A stretch of 63,625 nucleotides of DNA, filler included, from Rhabdomonas costata (taxonomy: Eukaryota): NCBI GenBank assembly GCA_019059605.1. It is 35 parts of 35 records of this genome, joined end to end, with 100 filler letters (N's around TTAATTAATTAA, not from the genome) between each part and the next. Parts side by side here need not be neighbours in the genome. Positions count along the whole stretch, not along the records: positions 1 to 1,723 come from JAHMHO010010066.1; positions 1,824 to 3,546 come from JAHMHO010010067.1; positions 3,647 to 5,369 come from JAHMHO010010068.1; positions 5,470 to 7,191 come from JAHMHO010010069.1; positions 7,292 to 9,015 come from JAHMHO010010070.1; positions 9,116 to 10,837 come from JAHMHO010010071.1; 29 more parts are not named here. One strand, written 5' to 3'. The notes below the pieces were generated by a model. The model was not told where the DNA came from, searched no databases, and was given only the letters and a program-made list of their open reading frames with translations. Of this stretch, positions 1 to 9,655 are shown piece after piece (position 1 is the stretch's first letter; the number at the start of each line of letters is the position of its first letter). A program made the position numbers and the translations under genes.

Positions 1-1130
1 GGGATGTTGGAGCGTGTGTTGAAGGGGCCGACCTGTGTGGTGTGTGCTGTTGGGGTGCAGTCCGGGTGTGTACGAGTAGTGACACCAAGCCACAGGTTGG
101 CCACGGTAGCATGACCTCTAATGGTGGACATGATGAACCCACGTCAGAAGCATGTGGTAGTAGTACTGAGTTGGTGACCCAAGGTCGACCTGCAGTGGGC
201 CTGCGAAACTCATTGTAGGGGACAATAAACCCACACGATAGGCACAGTGGCTGAGGTGATGTGGTGACCAGCAGGGGTAGTGCAACGCTATCCACAGCTC
301 AAGCCACCTCACCCGAGTCGTACACGTACCGCCAGTGTTGAGGTGACTGGTTACTGGTGGGGGTAGCTGTGTCAGAGGGAGTACAACGATGGTGCATGAG
401 CCATTCGCGTATCGTAGCAGTACCGGCCCAGTCGTGGAGGTGCATCAACCCACACCGCTGCTGAGCTCACCTGCCAACCACCGATCCAACCACTGCGCAT
501 GAGGTGATTGTGTCCAGTGTATGTGCATAGTCGCTACGCTCCCTCCAACGTGAAGCGGTAGATGTGGTGGAAGGGTGACAGAGGCCAACAGCTACAACTA
601 GCCATGAGCTTCCATCCCACCACCGGGCTATCCTGAGGCAATGCTGCTGATGGTAGCGTGAGTGAAAGGGTGATGGCTGATGTCATGCCGAAGTAGGAGG
701 GCTGATGTCATGATGCCCTCCACTCCTGATGCAAGGCCTGAGGGGCTGAGGGTACTAAGATGCGTAAGGGAAGATGACATCCCTATCTACGATGCTGATA
801 CCCTACTGCTACTCCTACTCCTCGATGCCTTGACCCATGCTCCGTCTATGATGCTGAGACTGAGGGCACAAGAAGATGCCTAACGGCTGTGTCTCACTCC
901 GGTCGCTGGCCAAGATGTAAGAAGAATACCATCGTCGCATGTCCTACGGTCCATGCTCCTGCTCTTACTGATACCCCACGATGAATGTGGTCGAAGTTTG
1001 TTCGTGATCATGTAAGACTGATCTGAATTTTTCGCCCCTTCTGCAGCCTGTGGAATGTTTCAGCGGATGATTTTATAAAGTTGTGCTCCGCGCCGACAAG
1101 GCTGAGGTTACTTATTAATTTTGCCTGTAG

Positions 1131-1270
1131 GATTTACAAGGTGTGGTGGTCGTCGCCATTGCGGTCCTCGTCGCCCTGGCGGTGCTGCGGCGTGGCCTGC
1201 GCCGTGGTGTGGCGGTGGTGATGGCCCTGCTTCTATCTGCAGGAAAGCTTCTGCTGCCTCCTCCACTGTG
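1131..1270 (+). CDS. Exon of a membrane protein of unknown function
   Basis: Acceptor ttgcctgtag at 1121-1130, then a hydrophobic frame DLQGVVVVAIAVLVALAVLRRGLRRGVAVVMALLLSAG. The 3' boundary is uncertain. Confidence 0.45.
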
Positions 1271-1723
1271 ACCAGCCTGCTGATCAGACATGCTCCCACA
1301 CGCACTGCACCATTTCCAGAGGGAAGTGGCGTGCCTGTATCCTGCGCGCAGAGTGCTTTTGGACTGCGGTGGCTTCCGGGAGGCTGTGGGATGTCAGACC
1401 CGGCGGCTTGTGAGAGGGCTCGGTGCAGCTGACGTTTCGGAGATTTACACTTCAACCAACAGCAACAACAGCCCGCTGGCAGAAAGGAACTTTCATCGTG
1501 TTTTCTGAGTTTCTTCCTTAGTTTTGTGCTTTTTACCTTTGGTCATGGAATGTGAATGGGATAAATGCAATGCTTGCTTTTCCGCACGCACTTTTTATTC
1601 TTGGACGGACTTGACTTGGGAATGGGGAGGGTGATGGTGGGTTAATAAGAGAGGTGATGAGAGGAAAAGCAAGCATTGCATTTATCCCATTCACATTCCA
1701 TGACCAAAGGTAAAAAACACAAA

Positions 1724-1823
1724 NNNNNNNNNNNNNNNNNNNNNNNNNNNNNNNNNNNNNNNNNNNNTTAATTAATTAANNNNNNNNNNNNNNNNNNNNN
1801 NNNNNNNNNNNNNNNNNNNNNNN
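1724..1823. other. Artificial contig linker (first of 34): 44 N + TTAATTAATTAA + 44 N
   Basis: The same 100-bp spacer, with stops in all six frames, recurs about every 1.82 kb and separates 35 unrelated contigs. Confidence 0.99.
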
Positions 1824-2595
1824 GTTTACAATCCGCTCTCTACGCTCTCTACACTCTTTAACGCAACCTGCTCCCTTTTCTTCCGCCCTCTCTCTCATCG
1901 CCGCCTCCTTCGTGTTCTGGGCTATCTTCAGTGGCTTTCTCGTCCTGCGTCCGAGATAGCGATTTTTCTCGCTCCTCTGTATCACCTTGCGCAGCGGCAT
2001 ACTCTCCCTCGGTTTCTTCCTCTCCGTCTGTGGCCACCTCTTTCTCATTCTCGTTCATCTTCCTGCTAGGACAGACAAACCACCACTTCCTCTCACTTTC
2101 CCACCCATTTTTGTCGACGCCGCCCCAGACCCGCCTGGTTATCGTGTGGGTACCAATCACCTTGCCCGTTACCTCACCTCCGTCCGGGCTCCACTGTGGA
2201 TCCGCAGTCAAAATCAAGCCGAACTCTATGGGCTTTTCCACTGCATCCGATAGGCAGGTCTCCGCAAGTTCACCCACGTGTGCCTAATTACGGACTCTAC
2301 TGCTGCGTTCTACGCGTTATTGAGTGGGCGCTCTTCTTGTCGTCATGCAGTCTTCCTACGACTTCTCCGTCGCATTTGGCGAACAACACATCAGTACGGC
2401 ATACACCTCTCCGTTGCTCTCACACCATCCTCCCTCAATGCTGCCGACGCCCCATCTCGCTTACACCAACTTCCACCTGCTCCTATTGCGATCCGCAAAC
2501 CTACTTGCACTTTCCCTCCCCTTCTCACACTCTGCAGTTGTTCCACGTTTCTGGAACCGAAGCTCCACCCTTCCCGATTCTTGACGTTCGTTTAG
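1824..2595 (+). mobile_element. Decayed DIRS-group (tyrosine-recombinase) retrotransposon: RT thumb + RNase H, copy 1
   Basis: RRLLRVLGYLQWLSRP..FLAPLY (RT thumb), then a frameshift, then IFVDAA...NQAELYG...(TAG 2251-2253)...CLITDSTAAFYALLSGRSS..LLRRIW..IHLSVALTPSSLNAADAPSR, which is the DIRS-type RNase H D-E-D-D pattern. Confidence 0.8.
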
Positions 2596-3005
2596 GGTTG
2601 TGCAAGTACCAGAAAAGTTTGTGTGCTTCTGGTCTTCTCCCGGTGGGCCGAGAAACGAAAGTTTTCGAAGGAAACCGATATCCTATAAGTTCGCCTATAT
2701 CCCAGCCATTGGCGGGTCCTTGACCTGCTTGAACGTTTAGCTAGGGAGCACTGGCAACGTTTGCTTAACCCTTACAATAAGATTAAGTCATTTGAGAGAT
2801 CCGGCATGTGTTACCTGAACGTTTTTAAGCTAATGTAGCAATGGTTATGATTAAGATAATTTTTTCATTTATTTCCACTGGAAAGGGTCACCCCGCACAC
2901 ACAAGTTCTTTGCGTCAAGAGCTTCTTTGCGTCAAGAGCCTTTTTTCCTTCTTTTCTTTCCCGGCGAAGAGGCTTTTATTCCTTTTCTCTGCCTCTTTCT
3001 CGCAG

Positions 3006-3120
3006 GCCGGCCACCTTTGGGCCGATGGGCACGAAGACGCAGCGGGCCTTTACTGTTGTAGCGCCGTGCATCCCCCGGGGGCTTTTGATCCAGAAGCTAG
3101 CAAAGCTCATCCCCTTCGGG
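3006..3120 (+). CDS. Isolated exon, unknown protein
   Basis: Polypyrimidine + cgcag acceptor, open frame PATFGPMGTKTQRAFTVVAPCIPRGLLIQKLAKLIPFG, donor gtgtgc. Confidence 0.4.
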
Positions 3121-4746
3121 GTGTGCCCAATTATGTGTATACCTGATGAGCGAGTGAGGAGCGTTCGTTTTTTGTTGCCAGCATAGGTGTACATACGCTA
3201 TACACATAGACGCGCACTTGAGGAAGCCTGTCTTTTTGTATGGAGAAGAACCACCCACCTCAACATCATCATTTGCATAAAGCAATTAGTAAACGCGAGC
3301 TAAGCAAGTACAGCAGCAGCCGATCTCGAAGAAGGAAGGGTCTACTGTGCAATCCAGTAGAACCCTGGAGCGGAGAAATCGACAATGGGAGCTCGTGGCC
3401 AATCGGCCACGTTCTTTCGCTGTGACCAGAGAAAAAAGATTTGGAAAGGAGAATGACGACGATGACCAGTAGATAAGCGGTGTGTTCAGCCAGGAGCTCG
3501 AGGCACTGAAAAGCGTGTGACAAAAGAGGCAAAATTGCGCAAAGGANNNNNNNNNNNNNNNNNNNNNNNNNNNNNNNNNNNNNNNNNNNNTTAATTAATT
3601 AANNNNNNNNNNNNNNNNNNNNNNNNNNNNNNNNNNNNNNNNNNNNGTGTTCTCCACGTGCGTTGCTGTGGTGGTCTTTGGCCTTTTCTCGACGCCCGCG
3701 CCTTGGCGCGAGACATGCGGCCTCCACCCCTTTCTATTTTGCCCACAACAAGCACACCCTCTTCTGCCCTTCCATGCGCCTCCGTGCGCCTGTTTCCTTC
3801 GTCTGCCAGCGCGCCTCTCCTAGAAGCCTCCACTCTCTTAGATTCGGCCCTTTTGTGCTTCTGTGATTCAGCTGCTGCGTACTGCCTTGAACCCTGGCAA
3901 ACTGTAGCAAGCGGCATTCCCACTCACCTTCCAGAAGCTGTCCGGCCGGCGCCGTCGCCACCAAGTGTGCCCTCACCGCCTGTGGCGCCATATCAATGGC
4001 TTTTACAAAAAAGGAAACGAGAGATCTGAAAAACATTTCCCAAGGGCTCAGGATCATTACCTCCATTGGGACATTTCGCGCTGCGGTATTCGGTGCGTCC
4101 AAGGTGTCGGCTCATTGCGCGTCTCCGGCTTTTCCTGTGGGTTATTTATACGTATATACTGTCGTGAAAAGATATTCATTCCTCCCTAAGTTCAACTTCC
4201 GTTCATATGTGGATTGGGCAAGTTTCCCGTTACAAAACCGATCCGCAGCGCAGAGAAGTTCACTTAGTTCACTTGCAAGCGGTGGAGCCCGAGTTTTCGA
4301 CACCGTTGTGGGGCCTAAAAGCTGTTAACCACAGTTGCTGCCTTGCTACCTGTTTCCAGTGGTTCTGAGACTTACAGTTCAAGAGACCTCTTAAATATAG
4401 CTGTCAGGCGTATGCATATATCAGTTTTACGGAGTAATAACACGCTTGTTATGGATCCGTTGGCTTTCCAGTGGCTGATATATTATCCGTCTCTCACACA
4501 CACTCCGTTTCCGCCGTTATGAAAGAATTAAGATCATTTTTCTCTACCCAGAACCCGTTAGATATTACCCAGCTATGCAACCCGCAACATGCTCCACGTT
4601 AATGTTAAAGCATCCCCACAGCACGCAAAGGCCAGCCCATACGTTTGGAGGTTATGCCTTCCACGTTAGAAGCTCGAACCCATACTCCGGAAGCGGTGGA
4701 ACCTCCCGATTATGACAGTCGCGCGTTGGAAGCTGCAAGTACTTGG

Positions 4747-5270
4747 AATCGCAAGAAGATTGCGACACGGAAGGATGTCCAGTAGCTGATAAAAAACTTG
4801 AATCAAGCCACATTTTGCCACCCTTGTCAGACAGCACCATTATCCGTAATTCCCAAAGACCAACAAATAGTACAAGGAGCACTTTAAGTTGCACACAGAA
4901 TTGCCCACGCAACATAGAACACAGCACCGAGAATTTCGCATCCAGGCGGTAGTGGTATATAGTCCAGATCAGAGCGATGATGCGGAACTTATGCAACATT
5001 TCAAGGACCTGTACTACCAATACATCAAGGATGTCACTTTGCCACATTGCTCAGTGATACCGTTTGTCCATAATGACAATGGGAGTCTTCGAATGGTGAT
5101 GTACTACAGCAGTTGTTGGAAAAGTACCACATGCCACGTATTGCCGAGATTATTGATCAAGTTGGAGACCGTTTTGACTTCTCCAAAATTGAATTGCACT
5201 ATGGATCTCACCAAATCCTGGTACATCCGAACCACGTGGCAGTACGCTGTATCCTGCAACAAGTGTGATA
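4747..5270 (+). mobile_element. Decayed Ty3/Gypsy LTR retrotransposon pol (pre-RT region and RT N-terminus), copy 1
   Basis: ELMQHFKDLYYQYIKDVTLPHCSVIPFVHNDNGSLRMVMYY, frameshift, KYHMPRIAEIIDQVGDRFDFSKIELHYGSHQILVHP. This matches the Gypsy consensus SPxxxPvlFVxKKDGSLRMCxDY...YPLPRIDELLDQL..FSKIDLxxGYHQI. Stops and frameshifts are present. Confidence 0.88.
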
Positions 5271-5526
5271 CTAGTTACGCGAGGAGAGCTTTTTTGCGGG
5301 GCAGTAGAAGTGTACCTGGGCTAAAGTCGAGTACTGTAGCCCAGGTACACTTCTACTGCCCCACAAAAANNNNNNNNNNNNNNNNNNNNNNNNNNNNNNN
5401 NNNNNNNNNNNNNTTAATTAATTAANNNNNNNNNNNNNNNNNNNNNNNNNNNNNNNNNNNNNNNNNNNNGTTTTTGGGTGGATTGGAGGATGTTTCTGCC
5501 TTGTCTGTGACTGGCCGAAAAATCAG

Positions 5527-6834
5527 AGCGATCTGGTGGAGCTGCGCAAGAAGCTGCTTACCCTGGAGCACATTCCTGCTCTGGTGGACACCTTCCCGTC
5601 CCTGGCGATGCTGCTGGGCTCGCACATCGCCCCAGAGCTCCCGCCGCCACCGCAGAGGCGGTGGCGGCTGCGGCTTTCCCTGGCGGCCGTACTGGACGTC
5701 TTCGCGGATTTCTTCGTGCGGCCCGTGTTCTTCTTCGACGAGATGCAGGTTTGTCTGTGGTTTTGGTGCAGTGTGTTTGCGCGTGTCTCAAAGGCCCCAC
5801 ACACACCATCGGAGGTGGGTCCCGAGGGACGCCAATCCTGCGAGTCAGGGAAGTGTAGTATGAGGCAGAGTGAGGCCGGATGGGCCCATGCGGAGAAACG
5901 CGCGTCTTCCCCCTCGCCGAGTGCACATAGTATGTGTGTGTTTGAGGTTTGCTTGAAGTTTCCCAAAAACCTGAGCCCAACAGCAGAAGGATGATTCGCA
6001 CCCCCGACAGGCAGCGGGAGAGAATTTGAAAGCCCGCTGAAATATCTCCACCAACCCAATGCCTTGTGCACGTAGTGTGTGTCTGCCGAGAATAGAGCAG
6101 AATTTTATGATCGTACTGTCCAACAATATTCTTTTTCTTAATTTCTTCTCGAGAGTGGTTTCACTGATCGATAGGGAGGGTGTGTTCACTTTGTATGTTA
6201 CTGAACTGTGTGATTGGGGGCCAACGGAGTCAACCACTGCAGATTCTTTTCACTTTCATAAGAGATTGCACCATGTCAACGTTCATCTCCTCCCCACTTT
6301 CAGTCCCAGCAACAGTGCTCCGAACGGCATTGTTCGAAACAATCCGTTTTTGAGCAGTTACCATCCAAAACGTTTCCGCGTCGAAGCACTTGTCTTGGCT
6401 CACGGCCATCTCCCGGTTGTCCTGCTTTGCAGCACATGGACACGGAGACCCTCCAGATCCTGCAGCAGCTGTACCTCCAGAACATCCGCGTCACGGTGGT
6501 TGGGGCTTTCCCCGGGGGCTACCCCAAGGCCAACCCCTTTGCCAAGCTCACCCTGCTCTCCGACACCGCCACCCTGGGCTTCGCCTCGTTCCAGATCTCC
6601 GGGCCCTCATACCGCCCCGGCGTCATGCCAGTCCCCGCGGCCGGCGCTGGAGGTGGTGCGCTTCTGCCCTCCACGCTGTCTCCCTCCACATCCGTGGCAG
6701 AGGCCAGGCAGTGTCCCGCTGTGGTAACGCTGAGCACCCCTCAGGCCGTCCTGGAGCACATCGTGGAGATGCTCATGGAGGCATTCTACCGCTCTAAGGA
6801 TGCCTGTGAGCCCCTGGCTACCTACCTGTGGTGT
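5527..6834 (+). CDS. COG3899-type STAND/AAA ATPase domain protein (two exons, partial)
   Basis: Exons 5527-5748 and 6433-~6834; GT-AG intron 5749-6432. The join reads LVDTFPSLAMLLG..ELPPPPQRRWRLRLSLAAVLDVFADFFVRPVFFFDEMQ|HMDTETLQILQQL, resembling the Walker B region PLVLFLDDLQWAD..SL.LL. Confidence 0.65.
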
Positions 6835-7479
6835 GTGAGTTTGAGTGTGCGTGTTTCGCAACTGACCGCTACAGAACACCGGCGCAATTGCGACTGTGCA
6901 CGTCTCATCGTCTTCACCATGTCTCACTGTTTCTTGGGAGGGAACGCTCACCTGCTTGACGTCTGCGGAAGCCATCGCGTGCGTGGATGCGGGAGTGCAA
7001 GTTTGCTGATTGACTGTTTTGTAATGGGCTCAGATTTGGGACTGGGAGCTGTTGTTTGTGGTTACCACGGGGTTTTTGTAATTAGCGAATTGGTCGAACA
7101 TGTTCGGCTGAATGAGAAAAGGACATTGCGCCTGGACCACAAACAACAGCTCCCAGTCCCAAATCTGAGCCCATTACAAAACAGTCAAAAANNNNNNNNN
7201 NNNNNNNNNNNNNNNNNNNNNNNNNNNNNNNNNNNTTAATTAATTAANNNNNNNNNNNNNNNNNNNNNNNNNNNNNNNNNNNNNNNNNNNNTTTTGTGGT
7301 TCAGACAGATATACTCTGTCATCAAGGAAAAAGCTAGTTCTTTCTCCCGCCTCTGCAATCCATGCTAGATGAATTTGGGTTTTCGTTACAACAATCCCAG
7401 GTTTTGGATCTCCTGCTCCTTTCCTTAACTTGCTGTGGTAAAACTATGCCATTAAACAACTTCGCCTTTTGCTGCATCT

Positions 7480-8800
7480 GTGATGTATTGCAGCCTTCCT
7501 CAGTGCTTGGGGGAAAATTTTCAACTACCCAGATTTTATTTTGTAGGAATCTGTTACTAACGCGCTTGTGTGTTTGCCTGAAAACATGGAGGACGCCATT
7601 AAGTCGTCCGATGAGGATGTTGTTGGTCAGTTATTTATGAGCTGGATAAAGGATACCCATGAAACTCCAGCAAAAGAGAACTTTCTCAGGCATCCCGTTA
7701 TTACATTTTCTGTTGGTGACGTTGTGCTAAATTTGTGTTCGGATAACGTATTTGGTTCATTATTGAGGGTCGAAACGAGGGGCAGAAACTATGTGGTTAC
7801 AGTCCTATGGTCTCGATTTCAGCGACTTTGTCGACCAGACCACTCAGGACATCCCTGCAACTCTCGAAAAAAATTATGAGGTCTCACCTATTGGAATGGG
7901 TCAGCATCCAGAACCCCAAGTTCGCTCACTTCGCCGCTTTCGTGGCATCAACTGTGGCTTCCCACTGGGAGAAACTGTTCCTCCCAACTCGGAATTCTTG
8001 GCTGTTGCTGGTCAGCTTCTGTCTCAACTCCACCATGATTATCACCCTTTCATCGTGGCTTTCTTCACACGTCAGTACCGCCGCAGAGGCTCTAATTGAG
8101 CAGAAGCAGCACGAACAGAAGTTCTGGGACGACCAGAGTCACTCCAACGTTGCGCAGGACCCAATGGACGCAATTCCCATTCGCGACGGGGTTCGCCTTC
8201 AGAGACAAGGTGAGCCTCCTTCTGGTGAGTGGCTGAGTGTTTAGCCGAACACGCTTCTTGGGCTTCATTTTGGTGCCGCCGAAAACCATTCCATTTGGGA
8301 ATTCCCCCTTTCCCACCTGAAGCGGCGGGGTCTCCCGTGCGAGTACTGTGGTACGTACTCGGTGATCACGTGGTCGTAGGTCGCCACGCTGTTCTCTGGG
8401 GTCGTCACAACGCGTTACGTGACTCTGTTACCGTCATGGACTTGTGCCGAAGACCTTGTCGCTGTGGATTTTTCTGGGGTGCACCCTCTGCAGCCGTCGT
8501 GCAACTTGGCGGAGGTGCAAGAGCCGCATCGCGGGCCGAGAGCACGAAGCGTCATGAAAGCGGTCCTCTCTGCAAACGGGCGGGCTGGGGATTTCAGCCT
8601 TTCGCCTTCGAGACCGTCGGCTCTTTTGGTGGGAGCGCACGCTTCCGTGTCAACGCCTGACCCGTGCGTGGTCACTGCACCACGGCTGCTTGCTGCAGGA
8701 AGCAGGTCGTGCAGTTCAGCGCGCTCTCGGTTGTGCTGTCCTCCGCGCCGTGGCCCGCCAGCTGGAGAGGGGATTCTGAGGGGGACGGTGGGGAAAGGTC
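7480..8800 (+). mobile_element. Decayed CRE-clade-like non-LTR retrotransposon: RT thumb + restriction-like endonuclease
   Basis: Frameshifted pieces in the expected order: IQNPKFAHFAAFVAS (thumb), RLQRQGEPPSGEWLSV*P, CEYCG (8338) / GDH / RHNALRD (8403; zinc-knuckle and RHN motif), LLPSW..DLVAVDF..VHPL, AASRAESTK, FQPFAFETVGSFG, ALSVVLSSAVARQL. Confidence 0.82.
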
Positions 8801-8934
8801 CCTACCCAGCTGATGTCACTCTGAGGCGAGCAACCGCACACCAGAGCCCAAACTATTTAGAGCCGAATAAAGGTAGCTCATCAGGAACGCACCAGCGGGC
8901 CGGGGACAAACTTTCTTCTCTGTTTTGTCACTGT

Positions 8935-8937
8935 CAC

Positions 8938-8973
<36 letters not shown>
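8935..8973 (+). repeat. (CA)n microsatellite
   Basis: cacacacgcacacaca... seen directly. Confidence 0.95.
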
Positions 8974-8974
<1 letters not shown>

Positions 8975-9470
8975 ATTAATAGCAGGTGGAAGACGAGCAC
9001 GTGTGACCAAAAACCNNNNNNNNNNNNNNNNNNNNNNNNNNNNNNNNNNNNNNNNNNNNTTAATTAATTAANNNNNNNNNNNNNNNNNNNNNNNNNNNNN
9101 NNNNNNNNNNNNNNNGAACTTGTAATCTTCCCAGATGTGCGCATTGGCGCTGAGGATGGTTGCACCCCGAAACCCAGAGGAACGTATGTCATGCATTTCA
9201 AGCTAGTAGACCCCATATATTATGATCGTCTGCACCATGGCGGTTGTAAGGCCCCGTGATACACCCCGCCGTTTGTTGTGTGCCTTTCGTATATAGCAAT
9301 TACATTCCACAGGCGCAAGAGATTCAGAGAGAAGTCCTACTGCCTGCCAACTTTGGCCTGCACTCGTCACATATGTTTCCGAAAAAAAAACATATCGGTT
9401 ATGAGTCAACGGTCTTGCTTCACCTTCACGGTCTGTCCCCACCGCTCGTCCATTCGGTGTGCATCTCCAG

Positions 9471-9655
9471 GGGTGCGCCTCACTCGTGGCGCATGGCAGC
9501 AATCGTACCTGTTCTACGCCGCGGTGTGGCTGTGCCTGGACGTCGCCCTGTTCTACGGTGGTTTGGTGCCCTCCACCCAAGTCCTGCTGGTGAACGCTGT
9601 GCGGGCGGTGGTGGTGCTTCCCGTGATGTCCTACCTCCTGCACAAGCAGCAAACC
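9471..9655 (+). CDS. Exon of a multi-pass membrane protein, unknown
   Basis: ctccag acceptor, VRLTRGAWQQSYLFYAAVWLCLDVALFYGGLVPSTQVLLVNAVRAVVVLPVMSYLLHKQQT, donor gtgagt, high GC3. A possible in-phase upstream exon lies at 9135-9242. Confidence 0.65.

Noticed and set aside
1243-1248. Possible non-canonical GA donor (GCAG|gaaagc)
   Set aside because: The frame also continues to a stop at 1268-1270, and there is no downstream exon to anchor the junction.
1522-1723. Long near-perfect inverted repeats at contig ends as MITEs, terminators or hairpin telomeres
   Set aside because: They are always terminal and carry G/T primer-converted tips, so they are amplification fold-back artefacts.
2906-2939. 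Short perfect tandem duplications (also 18471-18490, 29221-29242, 29928-29965, 46895-46926) as transposon footprints
   Set aside because: Lengths and sequences are unrelated; ordinary slippage explains them.
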